64,000 bases of DNA from Chrysomallon squamiferum (GCA_012295275.1 CM022673.1:12772001-12836000); one strand, 5' to 3'. Counted from the first letter of the stretch, positions 14,393 through 29,600 are shown. Translations and numbers: made by a program. Notes: generated from the sequence alone by a model not told the origin.

Positions 14393-15194
14393 TCTTCAAG
14401 ATCAGAATGATAGAGAAAATGTCATTTCAAATTAAAGCACATGATTGTAAATTGATTATTTATTTAAAAAAATACCAATCTTCGTTGTTATTTTTATTAA
14501 AAGTTTATTTGTTTTGACAAGCAAATTAAAACTGAAATTTTATATATATTATTTAACAATTATTTTTAAATTGTTTTTGGAAATTTGAGGACACACTGTA
14601 TTTATATTTTAAAATACTGGTCAATAATAACAATAAAAATTTTAATATAATTTTCGAAGCCAAAACTGACATGTCTCTTTTAGAAAGGTTTAGTAATTTT
14701 GAAAAAAAACACCTAAAATTTCTTCTCCTTCTAAGAAAAACAGGTGAGTTAAATGAGGCTTACAGGTGTGAACAATTTAGTTAAATTAAAACACTGCAGT
14801 TGATGTGTAGTCAAGTTAATTGTGTTTTCTTTAGCACACCTGTAAAAATATTAAATCTCACCTGACAGAAACTGGAGATGAGTGGGTGGAAGATTGATCT
14901 AAGATTTAAGAAAGGTGGATGCCATTAATTTGGTGGATATAAAAAGAAAAAAGAAAAAAAGAAACAACTGTCGATGAAGAATGCAGTTAAGGATTTATTT
15001 AAAAGCTTAAAATTTTTCTTTCTCTTTTTATTAGTTATCCAAGAAGAAGAAGAAACATTTTTTGGTTATCATTGAGAGATATAGTTTGACTAAGAAAGAT
15101 GCTGAAAGTTGAAGCGATTTTAAGAATACATATTTTTATTTTTATTTGACTTAGCATATCAAATCACAAAGGTAATTATTGTTTTTTTTCATTA

Positions 15195-15585
15195 GAAAGG
15201 TGGCCTTTCTAAACAGGATAAGACTGAGGATTAGGGTTTTCATTACATAGGTGGTCTGTTCAGAGAAGACAGATACAAAGGTTTTCACAAAGAAATAGAA
15301 TTCTCCATAAACAATTGCTCTGTTTGTTCAGTCTGGATACACAGAAAAATTAGAAGCATCCACTGAACAGGTGGATGATGTGTTCAGTGCAGACTCTTAA
15401 GTTATCATCCACAAAAGAATTAGAGTTGTACATTACACAGGTGGTCCTTGTGTGCAGAGTGGATTATTGTGTTATCACAAACAAAAGACTGTGCATTAGA
15501 CAGGTGGTCTCTCAGTACAATGTGGACTCTTTAAGATATGGCACACAACAGAATTAAGGTTGAAGATTAGACAGATGGTTTCTGC
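15195..15585 (+). repeat. Degenerate ~50-60-bp tandem repeat with CAGGTGGTC core
   Basis: AGGTGG recurs near 15198, 15249, 15369, 15439 and 15502. Confidence 0.6.
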
Positions 15586-18434
15586 ACACAAAATATTCAG
15601 TAATGCATTAACTGATTTCCAAGAACATTTTGCTAAGCTCTTGACAGTTTCTGCAGCTAGACTTCCTCACTGCAGACAGAAAGGTGTCAACAAGGATGTC
15701 TGTACCACAAGCAAGGAAGTGTTCATTTTAAATGGAAATTGATTCGGAAACTCGGTAACGCAATTTGCATTTTAAACCCACCATTGCCACATAAGAGAAC
15801 TTGGCGGAGAAACTTAATATAAACTGTCACACAGTTTGTGAAGTTCATCCACAAATGAGAAGAAGTGAAACGAAGTGAAATTGAGCCACTTCAAATAAAT
15901 AACCTGATCGCAGTGTTTATTTACTCAGTTTTTGTTATAATTTTGGTAAAACAGAAAGGTAAAAAAAAAAAAATAAAAAAAAAAAAAAAATGTATTATTT
16001 GAAGGACATTAAAATAAATTTGCATCTTTTTTTCAAAAAGATTTCTTGCATAAAATATGTAATTACAGTAATACTGTGTTCTGGCAAATTTTATCCACTT
16101 CAGTCTTTCAGTCAGTTAAACATAATCTCCTTTCATGACATGTAGAAGACTATAATCCAGTGTTTAGAAATATTACACCATGTTTACATGAGATATGATA
16201 GCCTGCAGGATCAATTCTTCTCAGTTCCAGATATTAAATATATCCCATTTCAGAGAACTAGATTTTTTTTTGGTTTATGTGTTAGACTTTTTTACCCATT
16301 CAAGCAAGCACATTTTAATATTTTTTTAATACATGCTGAAACTAGATAATGTGTTTTATTAGTGGAAGTTTTGTATAAAAAATTAATTTGCTGATTCCTG
16401 AAAGGTATGATTTATTAAGTGGTTATATCTGGTTTCTACTCTCATGATTTTGTTATGCAAGAAAACTTCATAACACCTCTATTCTTAAACCTTAATATAA
16501 CTTAAAACAAATAACTTAAAGACACATTCATTAACTGATATTTAAGTAATTAATTAATTTATTTATTCATTTATTCTTATATTCATTCACTCCAATATAT
16601 TTTGGCAACTTCATGATTTTAGTTATTTTCTGAAATGCATAAACTTTCATATAAATGTACATGAGAAAATAGTCATGGTTCAGTATAATCAAATGTTTAT
16701 CTGGAGTTATCTTTCTTACTGAGTCCTATTCCAGAAATATTGTAAAGAGTTACCTCCCATATTTATATTATGGCCTGAAATTATTATAAAAGGCTTTTAA
16801 TGTATGATTCTTAAAATAATTTTCTAAATAATAAAATATTTATAAATATTTGGTCTTGTTGTTTCTTAATTATCTTTTCTATTTTAATACTCAAATATTT
16901 GTTGTTTTCTTTAAAAATGTTCTTTTTATTACCAACAATCTTTATTTTTTCAAGGTCTGGAAAAAATCCATAATATAATTTTAAGTCATGTTGTTTGAAA
17001 TTTATGTTGACTATGAATTATGTGGCATAATATTTTCTTTTCATTTTTTTTGTTATTATTCATTATTTTTTTTAAATATTATTTTACTTGTTTATGTTTG
17101 TTTTGCTTCATCAGTTAAAAATAAAAACAATGTTAATAGATTACTGAAATTGTATTTGCTTAAACAATTAAGAGAAACTTAGTTAAAAAATGCAAGTAAA
17201 TTATGCCTTTCTTAACACACAACTGTAAGAAAAACTGCTTCTGTTGAAAGAGTGAATATCTATAAATTACATCCATGGCATGAAAAGACAACTTTGCATG
17301 GAGGGGGGATTACTCAGTCTTTCGGGTTTTTTTATATTCCCAGTTAAATAAATAAATGTGGCTTTCCATCTGTTATTACATATTATGTGTTTTATTATAT
17401 TTTTATCAAAACTGTTCTTCAGAAGGAAAATAAAAATAATGAAAATAATGATAGTTATTTAGTAATAATGGAGTTTACTAAATGATGGTGGGCACTACAA
17501 AAATATGAAATAAAATGAAATAAAACAAAATATAATTTACAAGTATATAAATAAAATAAAATACAATAAATAAATAAATAAAATTAAAAATATATAAATA
17601 AAAATAAAACAAAATAATAAAATAATAAATAAAATAAAAATATAAATAAAAAAAAATAATAAAATAATAAATAAATAAAAATAACATAACATAACATAAA
17701 ATAAAATAAAATATAAATAAATAAATAAATAAATTATAACTAAATATGTGTGACATATATTTTATTATACAACATAAACAACAAGGACAGACAAAAACAA
17801 CTGAACGAAATGAGAAGGTAGATTCATTTCCAATTTTACTTCAAAACACAAATTATTTTTTATTTTTAGTTTGTTTTGTTTTTATATTGCTATTCCATTT
17901 TATTTTTTTCTATTTTAATTACTTTTATTTCCTCAGTCTGTTCCTGGAATTTAACAACTAATATAAATCAAAATTACAATTTAACATCTTCTCTGCTTAA
18001 TACAAAAAGAAACAAAATTCAAATTTTACAAATTATTTTTTTCGGTGTTGTATTAATCACTAATTAAAATCCAGCAATAATTTCTTCTTTTTTTTTCATG
18101 CTAGGTGGACATAAAATATGCAGATTTTTAAAATCAAGATTTTCCTAATGGCAGATCAAACAATTAAGTGGACACAGAAACTTCAACAATTGAAAATAAT
18201 TGATTTTTCTTATGTGTGTCAAACGACAAGTAGCTCAATAAATACTGTAAATCAGATTATGGCAAATTTAACAGCAATGAAAGCCATTTTGCTGCCCACT
18301 GATTCAATAAATAAAGGAAATAAAAGTTGTTATGGAAATAGGCCCTTGATTACTGGACATTCAGGACAGTTTGGATATTGGCCAGTGAAAGACACAGTTT
18401 TGTATTAATGATTTTCTACATTGAATGAACTATA

Positions 18435-18469
<35 letters not shown>

Positions 18470-18620
18470 TTTAGTGCAAATGTATATATATATATATATA
18501 TGTAGTCAGGTATATATGTATGTGTGTGTGCTTATCTTCATATGTGTGTATGTATAACTCTACAATGGTTATCATACATCAGATATGTTTCTTTTTACAA
18601 GCCTGAGAAAAAAACTGCAG

Positions 18621-18655
<35 letters not shown>

Positions 18656-18879
18656 TAATTAATTAATTTTTAAAAAATCTATAACAAAAAAAAGCATCAA
18701 GGCTGTTCTGTTTCACTGTCAAAATATTTATCATTATGTTACACAGTTTATATTAACAAATTTAATAAGTTATTTTTATTTCTCTATTATTATTCTGCTA
18801 TTATTGTTGTTGTTGTTGTTGTTATTGTTGTTATTATTATTTTAGTAGTAGTTGTAGTAGTAGTAGTAGTACTGTAATC

Positions 18880-20950
18880 TTCATTTTATTTTATATTTTT
18901 TATTTTATTTTGTTTTAATATTTTAGTATGTTATTCATTAATTATATATACTTTTATATCTTTCTACCTATTGATCTAACTATTTATTATTTCCCATCAT
19001 TTCATTTATGTTTGTATTTTGGTTTTTTATTACTTTTTTTTGGTTGTTGTTAATTTTAATATTTAATTTCATTGTCATATTTTATTCTTACTTCAATTTA
19101 TGCTAATAATTTATTTATTATTTTTTTTATTTTTTTTTTTATTTGTTGTATTTCAGTAATTTATTTTGTTTTATCATATTATATTTTATTTTATTCATTT
19201 TTGTCATATTTATTATTTTATTTTATTTTTTTATTTCTTTTATTTAATATTTGATTTATTTATTTTATTTTATTTAAATTTTCATTTATTTTATTTTACC
19301 ATTATATTTTTGTATTTCATTTTTTTTTATTTTCATAAATTATTATTTTTATTTTAGTTTTTTTTTCATTTTGTTATTTTATTTTATTTTTTTTTTTTAT
19401 TTTCTTATCTCTATTTTTATTTCTTAATTTAGAGATAAAAACAGAGATATGAAAAAAAAAAAAAAATAAAGAATAATAATTTTTTTTTTTTTTCTTTATA
19501 TTAATTATATTTTACCATTTTATTTTCTTATTTCTTTTTATTTTGTATTTCATTTGTTGTGTTTTAGTTTTTATAAATTATAACTTTTGTTTTAGTTTGT
19601 TTTGTTTTTATTTTGTTATTTCATTTTATTTTATTTTATTTTATTTTAATTAGTTTTATTTTGAATTCTTTTCTTTTCTTTTAGTTATTTAAAAAAACTT
19701 TTTTGTACATAGATATATATATATATTTATTTATTTTATTTAATTTTACTTTATTTTATTTTATAACACTTCATTCTTTGTTATGTTTATTATTTTATTT
19801 TATTTCTTTATTTAATATTTTAGTTTATATAATATTTTACTTTAAATATTTAAATTTTTATTTTATTTTATTTCTTTATATTAATTATTATATTTTACCA
19901 TTTTATTTTGTATTTCATTTGTTGTGTTTTTTAGTTTGTATAAATTTTTATTTTTATTTTTAATTTTTTTTTTTTTATTTTTTTATTTCATTTTATTTTA
20001 TTTTAAATTTTTATTTTTTATTTTTTTATTTATTTTTATTTACTTTTTTTTTTCTTTTAGGTTCTTATTTTTTTTTTTTTTTACTTTTTTTTTATTTATT
20101 TATATATATTTATTTTTATTTAATTTAATTTTATTTTGTTATTTTATTTTATTTTATTTCATTATAATTCTTTTTATTTTGTTTATTATTTTATTTTTAT
20201 TTCTTTTGTTTTTTTTTTTTTTTTTTTTTTTAATTTATTTTAATAAATTTTATTTAATTTAAAAAAAATTAAAATAAATATTCTATTTCACTTTAGTTTA
20301 AAATAAAATAAAAAAAAAATAAAAAAAAAAAAAAAAGAAAATAAAAAATTTAAAAACTAAAAAAACAACAAAACGTAAAAAAAAAATAAAAAAAAAAAAA
20401 AAAATTAAAATTAAATATTTTGTTCTATTTTATTTCATTTTATTTTAGTTTATTTTTTTTTATATTAAATTACATTTGATTCATTTTTTATATATTTCAT
20501 TTTATTTTGAATTTCATTTGTTGCAAAAATTATTTTATTCCTATTTTATAAAGATAATTATTTCATTTCTTTATTTTATTTTAAATATTATATTTTATGA
20601 TTTCTTTTTATTTTTATTCTGTTTTGTTTCATTATTTCATTTCTTTTTTTTATTATTTGTTATATTTTATTTTAATAATTTTTTTTTTTTTTGCTGAATT
20701 CCATTGTTTTAAACCATTTAAAATTTTATTATTTTTTTCTGTTTTATTTTGTTTATTATATTTTATTATAATAATTTATTATTTATTTCATATTATTATT
20801 TTTGTATTTTGTTTTTTTATACTATTATTTTACTTTATAATTATTTTATTTTATTATTATATTTTAGTCTAATTATTTATTTTATTTATTTATTTACTTA
20901 CTTACTTTATTTACTTATTTACTTTTTATTTATTTATTTATTTATTTATT
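18880..20950. repeat. ~2-kb extremely T-rich low-complexity tract (TTTTA-type) with internal duplications and inversions
   Basis: Almost no G or C. 19490-19600 is repeated at about 19870-19960, and A-rich inverted segments lie at 19435-19480 and 20290-20410. Confidence 0.9.
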
Positions 20951-22602
20951 AAAAATATATATATCATTAATTTATATTTTGACATATAACACAAGAGTAC
21001 TATTTGGAATGGTAAATAACAGCTTGAGCTATTTGCAAGAATTGATCCAGGATCAGCTTCATATCAGATTTATAAACCTTTCTTTATTTTTATTTTTTTT
21101 TAAATGATATACTTTTACAATCTAGAAACTGCTAAACAAAACTGTCTTAAACAATGAAGCATCAAATTTCACACTGCAAATTACAAGTAATTTGAAACTA
21201 CAGACTAAAACCAGATTTAAAAAATAAAAAATATACTTCCTCATCTTCTACTGTTCTTTTTACCAAAGGGTTATTCCAGTTCTGCTGTATCAAAAATAAC
21301 ACAGAGTGTAAGAAAGAATTAATATTAGCAGAGATTAATAACCTTTGAAAGATTTGGGTTTTATTTCAACAAAAAAGGAATTAAAAGATCAAGACAAAGA
21401 AAAATATTAAATGTGAAGAATCAAGAAGGGGAAAGCAGGAGGAAGAAAAGGTAACCTGAAGTAAAAACTGAAGATGTAGAAAAACTGGAGGTGAAGAAAA
21501 AGTCAAGGTGATAGAAAAAGACAAGATAAAGAAAAGTCAAAATTGAGAAAAGTCAAGATAAAGAAAAAGATAATATGAAGAAAAAGGAAATCATAACTAA
21601 AAGTCTGAATTGAAGAAAAAGACAACTTGAAGAAAAACTTAAAATGAAGAATAAGACAAGATGACAACAAACATGATATATAAAAAAAGACTAGAAGAAG
21701 AAAATACTTAAAACTGTAGTCTAAGATGATTTTAAGTGTGTAGATAAACAACTGTATCTTCCTTCTTCATTGATTTGAACAGAAACTGTTATATACTTCC
21801 CACAAACACATCACAGCTCAAGTAAGAAAGATACAAAAACATATCTCAGTGACAAATTATTTACAGTTACTGGAAATCACTCACAGAAAATCACAAAAAC
21901 AAACAAAATGAAAAAACAAAAGCAGCAAACAAAGTCAGGTATGTTTTATAACTAAACACACATCTGATTTTGATAATTCTAAGATCATTTCTGCTTCACA
22001 GAATAATTATTGTCTGACCCAGGAGGGTTTTTTTATTCAAAAATATTTTCCTTGTCAACAGAAAAGCTTTTAGGTGTGTGTGTTTTGAGACAAAAATCAA
22101 AATGGCTGAATTTGCTTAAACTGAAAATCCTGTGTTTACACTGTTACAGTAATGTGTGTATCATTATGCTGAGGTATTTCTTAAATAAATCAATCTCTCA
22201 CATTCTTTTTTATAAATTGTGATACAATCTTGAAAATATTGAATGTTTTCTTGTGGCTTTTTTCCTTCTCCTTCTTACTAGTACTACTAATACTAAAATA
22301 TCTATGACATCTACTACTACTACTACTACTACTACTACAAGTACTATTCCTACTACTACTACTATTACTTTTATTATTATTATTATTATTATTATTCCTG
22401 TTGATATTATTTTATTATTGTTGTTGACATTGTTATTTTTTGGATTTTCACATATCCTTATTGACAAAAATGAAACATATCCAAACACATGATACAGAGC
22501 TAAATAATTCACACTTAACTATAAACAATACACACATATATACATATATGTATGAGACACAAACACACACACACACATACATATGTACATACACACACAT
22601 AC

Positions 22603-22639
<37 letters not shown>

Positions 22640-23601
22640 TACCTTTATGTATACATACAAACACATATACATATATATACACAGACACAAAAAACACAAA
22701 ACACACACACACACAAATATACATATATATTTACACATACACACAATTCACTCACCTATATTTGACTTGAGTACACACTTACACATATACTTTCACCTAC
22801 ATCCTCTATTTAATATTACAAATCAGTTTGCTGTTGTAATTTAGATCCCTAACATTTTGAGAAATCATTTTCTTTATTTCATTATTTTACCATTTTCTGC
22901 CTGGCTCCACTTGGTCTGAATATGGAACCATTAATTCCAATAAAACATGAAAACAAATCAAATAAAATATGAAAAAAGCATTTTGTAAAATACAATTCTG
23001 AAAGAAACGTTATAATTACTTAATGATTTTTGTTTAATTTGTTATTTTAGTTGTTTATCGATAAAGAATTCTTAGATGTGTTTTATAGCTGGGATTAATA
23101 ACAGGTTTTGATAATCTGTGATATAGGAGTTGTGGTTGGAGTTATAGTTGTGTGGTTGGAGTTAAAATAATGGAGTGGGTAATTAATTTTTTTTTACATA
23201 AATTATAAAAAAATTCAAAACACATTACTTAAATAAATAAGTATATTATTAAGTACTAAAGAAAATAAAGAAATATTTATTATTTCTACTAACAAAAAGT
23301 TTAACATTCTTTTGTAGTTTTTAATAAAATTCTTCTGCCATTAAAACAAATGTTTCAATCATTTAAAATTGTTCTGCCTTTAATAAACCAAATAATTCAT
23401 AGTTATCTCTGCATACTTTATAGATAATAATTCATAATTGTATCCTTACATTTTACAAATGAAAATTCAAAGTTATTTTTCCATGTTATAACTGAACCTC
23501 CATGATTATCTCCCCTGTCATATACTATTTCATAGTTATCCCTCCATATATTCTAACTCAGATTTGACAGTTAAATCCTCATCAATAAAATCCAAGAGTC
23601 T

Positions 23602-23712
23602 TCTCCTCATTAAATGAGGTTTCAGAGTTATCTCCTCATTAAATGAAATTTCAGAGTTATCTTCTCATTAAGTGAGGTTTCAGGGTGATCTCCTCATTAA
23701 ATGAAGTTTCAG
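23602..23712 (+). repeat. 29-bp tandem repeat x4 (TCTCCTCATTAAATGAGGTTTCAGAGTTA)
   Basis: Copies start at 23602, 23631, 23660 and 23689, preceded by degenerate AGTTATCTC units from about 23395. Confidence 0.9.
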
Positions 23713-24978
23713 CATTACCTGCCCATCATGTTCTGTAAAATCTGGTCACTAATTGATAAACAGGATTGTTTTCATAGTACTAAGTGGGAATGTATATAGC
23801 CAGAAGATTAATAATGGATTACTCTTTTTATTGTTATTATTTGTTGTTGCCCAGACTTCAGTTATTGCCTTTTATTCTAAAGTAATCAGTGACTGCCCTG
23901 TGGCTCAGCCTGGAGTGATAATAAACTGAATACGGGGAGAAACAAAAAAGCTACAGTCTGGATGTGCTGTTTTTCATTACAGTGTTATTGCTGGAAGAGT
24001 TTTTTTTTCAGTGTTAGTTAAAGTAATGCAGTGGATGATGGATTAGTTCTGTCAGAGAATCATACTGCACAAGGTGATGTAGTTTACAGATGGATGAAGT
24101 CTAAAATGATTAAGATAAAAAATGAAATCCATTAGATTATTAGACACAAGGTGAATGTCAAGGAATATGAGAAGATCTCCTTTCCAGTGAAGAATGTTTA
24201 GGAAGTGGACCATCTTAGATGAATCCTTATGCCTTCAAAATTATTTTCAAACCATAGTCTTACATCTTATACTTCCAAAATGAGACAAATATTTAGCATT
24301 TTGTTCAAACTTATGAACATATGTTTTTAAAATCTCTGAGCAATGATAAGTCAAGTCAAATGATGTCACTGGTGACTATGTAATTATAACTGATGAATAT
24401 CACCATCTTCAGACCAACAAAACAACCAGACAGAAACCAGCAACAATGGACATCTTGAAATGTCATCAGTTAATTTACACGCAAACGTAATTTTCAAACT
24501 GATTATCTTAAACAAGTTGTACAGATAAAACACACAAACATAATTAGCTTTGTTACCAGTCAATGTAATTCAGTTTGAACAATGCTGTGCAAAATGTCAT
24601 GTTATTTTCGTAACAGTAATTTGAGAGTTTGTCTAGAAAAACTAAATAGGATGAAATGACTTAAACCTAGAAAATGGATGCTTGGCTCTTTACAATCAAC
24701 ATCGAATCTAGTCGTCTGGGAAGATGCTTAAAATGTATTTACCCTTTTTCTTGCTAACAGCCTAAACAGTGTGGTGACATTTACATGCCACAGTTTTATG
24801 AATGTATTGTTCAATAAGTGCAATATAATAGCAGTTTTAAACAATGGAGAACTTGAAGATGCACACTAAGTCCTTTAAGAACATTGGTCTGTCAAATACA
24901 AATGATTTTTATTCATCTTTTTGTTCTTAGTTTAATTAAATAAAGAGCTACCATTATTATTATTACTATTACTCTTAC

Positions 24979-25044
<66 letters not shown>

Positions 25045-25299
25045 TATAATTTTTACAATTGTTACTGTTTTTGTTATTGTTGTTATTATTATTTTATTAT
25101 TATTATTATTATTAAATATTAGTTTTTTTATTGTTCTGATTTCTCTTTTCTTTTTTTTGATGAGTTTTAGGGTCCCTTATTCTAACAGTAAAGTTTGTCA
25201 ACAAAATGCCATAAGAGATTCCCTTTATTCATTCATAAAATAAAAACTTTAAAAAAAAAAAAAAAAAAAAGAAGAAAAAATGTTATGAATTAATCAGTA

Positions 25300-25490
25300 T
25301 TGATAATGTAATGATTTGATGAACAATAAAGTAATGATTTACTCACTAATGATTTACAATGATAAAGTAATCATTTAATCAATGATGATAAGGTAATCAA
25401 TCATTCACTCAGTGATGATAAAGTTATGATTTACTCACTGATGATAAAGTAATGATTATTTACCAATCGATAATAAAATAATGATTTACT
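25300..25490 (+). repeat. ~25-bp tandem repeat (TGATGATAAAGTAATGATTTACTCA)n, about 7 copies
   Basis: Visible periodicity. Confidence 0.85.
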
Positions 25491-28400
25491 AAAGGACAGA
25501 ATAAAAATTCACTGAAAGAAGATGAAGTCAAGCAAAAGAAATTTGAAACCTGCCATTTGAAAAAACATTGGGTGACATTTCCAAAATAGAATTCCATTTA
25601 AAAAAATTATTCAGTATTAATGTGAACATCAGGGAAACGAGAGATCAATAATAAATATCAAAGATTAGAGAAAAAAAGAAATTGTTTATCTTCCACATAG
25701 AAGATCTCAAACATACCAGAAACTGGAAAATTTTGGTGTCCGCTATAGCAAATGATGTTAAGAAAAATATGGAGAAGGAGAAGAAGAAAATTAATAATAA
25801 TAATTATAATTAAATAAAGAGAGATTATTGATAATATTAATTATAATTAAATAAAAAAAATAAAAAATTAACAATTATAATAACAATAACAATAACAACA
25901 TGGATAAATAATAGTAATTGATCATAATAACAAAAAAAATAAGAAGAAGAAAAAAAAGATGACGAAGAAGTAATATTTAATAATAAATACCAATTAAAAT
26001 AATTAACAACAACAGTAGTAGTAATAATAATAATAATAATAATAATAAGAAGAAGAAGAAGAAGAAGAAGAAGAACAACAACAACAACAACAACAATAAG
26101 AACAGCAATAATAACAGTAATAATAGTAATAAATTTTAAAAACAAAATAATAATAATATTGACAATAATAATTAAAATAATTAATAAAAACAACAACAAC
26201 AATGATAACAATAACAACATTAACAACACACAAAAAACAATGCATTCAAACTTTGATAAAGTCATCAACCACAAGTCAGAGAATTTTTTCTATGTTTTCG
26301 TATCTAATCAAACTGCAATAAACCCACATCTAATATATTTACTTAGTTTCTTATTAACATCTTCTTCAACACAATGAAATCAATTTAGCTGGTGTAAATA
26401 TCCATGTCCTTGGGTGAAACAGATGTAAATGTGATTTAGCTGTGTAAATTTGGAAATACCATTGGTAAATTAAATGTAAATGTAACATAGCTACATATCT
26501 GTGTAACCAAATCTAAAGTTCTGAAATGTGATGAAGATCATTTTATTGGTAAATAGTTAAAAAAATAAATAATAGGCTGATTTTAAAAAAAAAAATTTTG
26601 ACTATTTTGTTTTTCTGATTTCGGTGTAATAGTTTTAGATAATTTTGTTTTTATTTGGAGTTTATCAGTTACATTCTCATTCTTTATCCATGTATATATT
26701 TTTTTTATTATTATTATTATTTTTTTTTTTTTTTTTCTTCATTTTTCTTTATTACCTTATTTTGAATTATTCTATCTCTTACAATACGGTTTAAATTTTC
26801 ACTTATTTTCTATCTCTCAGTATATGAAACTGATAATAAAACTGTAAATATTTTATACCCATTCATCATTTTGACTGTAAAAAAAAACCCACAAAAAAAT
26901 GTGTATTTATAAAACTAATTAAAATACCTTAATATAGCCAGATCTGAACTCCCCAGAGAGTAAAACTTGTTTAAACTAAAATGAAGCACTTGAATTAATA
27001 ATCATGATTGCTTGTTTTCTCTCTCTGCTGAGGATATAATAACACTTTCCAGTGTTTAAATATTCATCTGTTAGGATATTTTACACATGAAGGCTCCTGT
27101 TAACAATAACCATGTTACATTTCTCCATCCGTGAACAAACTATACAATTATGTTTTGTATTCCACCTTTTTTTTCTTTTTTTTTTACATCTTCGACTTTG
27201 AAGAAAATTTTCAATAAAAGCAGTGTCTGGCTCAGTGAATATTTTGTCGGTAGGAAATTACTGTCACTCTCTAGGGAACCCAAATGTTTGGAAAGTGCAG
27301 TTAGAAATAATTCTATTTACTCCATCCTGGCTTTTATGGCATGAAACAATATATCTAACTCATGCTGGTTGCTAATATTTCACTAATGAACAAAAAAGTA
27401 CACCCAGATACACAGACAGACAGACATATAGACAGACCCCTGCATGTGGGTCTGAACATTAAAACTGTTAATAGAGTTTGCCTGTGTGGTCTTCTATTTG
27501 TAAATATTTCTAATCTGCAAGAACGCAATATATATATATGTATGTATGTATGGATATATATGTATATATATTTATAGACACACACACACCTACACACACA
27601 CACACACATTCCTACAGAAAAAAAAAAATGAAGAGAATATTATTGTAATTTTGGTAGGTCAATCACAGAGCACTGGATGGAATGTGAAATTCAGTGATAG
27701 TCTCACCAAAGAAGAAATGAACTTCTGACAATCACTCCATGAGAAAATATTTTACAAATCAGAAACTACACTCAAATCTTTCAATCAATTTAAAAAAGAG
27801 AAATCTCCAAAATAATGCTGAGTTAAAAAAAAAAAAAAAAAAAATGAAATGTTATAAAAAGCAAGGTTTTTATTTTTAATTTTTAAAACTTTTTTTGAGA
27901 AGATGTAAAAGGAAGGATCATTGTTAATGACCTGAAACAGTCTCAGAATCAGCAATGCCTGCTATTATTCTACAATCATCCATTACCCAAGATATTTTTT
28001 TTTTTTTTTTTTTTTGATAATCTCATTCTTTTGAAATTCTTCATCTGTGAAGACTTTGTGTGCTTGCCAATGCATTATTATGTTTTTTACTTTATCTTTG
28101 ACAACAAAAGAAAAAGGCTTTTTTGTCTAAAAGTCAGAAATATCTTTCTTAGACATCTTTGTGGTGGACCAAATCCCTGCTTTAAACAGATCAAGACAGG
28201 ACAATTTGTAAGAAATCCATCTGAAATGGAAGCATTTATTGCATCAGTGTAATATGACACAGCTTAAGTGAAGAAAGTTGTAGGTGGTAGGTTGTGGGAT
28301 CAATTCCAGATAGTGGAATTGAAAATTTTTATTATTATTTTTATTTAATTTTTTTATTTATTTTATTTGATTTACTCTTTTTATTTTTATTTTTTTAATT

Positions 28401-28555
28401 TTAAGTATATTTTATTTTTATTCAATTATTTACTTCTGAGTATTATTATTCTATATAATTTTGCATGTACCAGAATTATGATTATTTTGTCTTTGTATAA
28501 ATGTATGTGTTTATGTGCATGTATGTATGTATCTGTATATGTATGTGTTTGTGTA

Positions 28556-28592
<37 letters not shown>

Positions 28593-28959
28593 ATGAGTAT
28601 GCATATCAACATTATAGGGTTGGAACAAAAGTTCAAAGCATTTTTTTCAATGGTAACATTTGATCACATCATTTTTGTTTCTTTGAATTTCAGTTCACAC
28701 TGCCATCACCTTTTATCCCAAACCAAAATAATTGTTAAAGTAATATATTCAATATTTAAAAAAAAAAAAAGATTATAAGAAAAGTGAGGTCTGTTTTGTT
28801 TTAATGACAACCCAGAAACTCATTGATTTGTGATCATTTGTCAGTTGTCAGTATTTTCACTTTAGCTATCTTCAGTGTACACTCACCACAGTTCCCCATT
28901 ATCACAAAATGGATTTTTTTACCTTGCACAGGAAACAACACAAAAGTGATCTTTCAAAA

Positions 28960-29600
28960 AACCCAGTCACAGGCCACTGACTGAAACAGGAAACAGACCA
29001 TAAGCTGGACAAACAAAAAACTGTTGGAAGAGAACAAGAAAAAAGAGCATCATATAATGGCATTAACATGATTTTGTAAATAAGACACTGGTTAGAACTG
29101 GAAATCATCTGATAGACTGGGCATACAAGATGTGGTAGGACTAGAAAAATAAGTATTATATACAGTATCTGTACTATGTTTGTGAAAAATGAGACATTGG
29201 CTGGAACTGGAAACAGAATGTAGGCCAGAAATAGACTGCACATACAAAATGTGGTTGGAATAGGACAAAAGTGTACAGCAGCTGTTTGTGACATTGGTTG
29301 GATTTGGAAATAAACACAAACCAGATAACACATCCATATCATTTGATATACAAACTGTGTAAAATTGGTAGGAAGGAGAAAAAGCATGGATAGAACATTG
29401 TCTTTGATATGGAATGAGAAAGACAGAGCTGGGGACAATTCAGTGAGTATAACAAACACCCACAGAATTTGATATTAAATCAAACATTGTTTGGAATGGG
29501 AAAGATATGCACCAAGTTCGTTGGATTGGGAAATTACTGAACACCACACTATCTTGGATATTTACAGGTTACAGTGTATTGGGTTGGAACAGAAATTAAC
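28960..29600 (+). repeat. Highly degenerate tandem array with (A)CAYTGGTTGGAA cores
   Basis: Recurring ACACTGGTTAGAA, ACATTGGCTGGAA, ACATTGGTTGGAT and ACATTGTTTGGAA. Confidence 0.55.

Noticed and set aside
28902-29459. 185-aa hydrophobic minus-strand ORF
   Set aside because: It overlies a degenerate tandem array, has no recognisable domain, and starts at a non-ATG codon.
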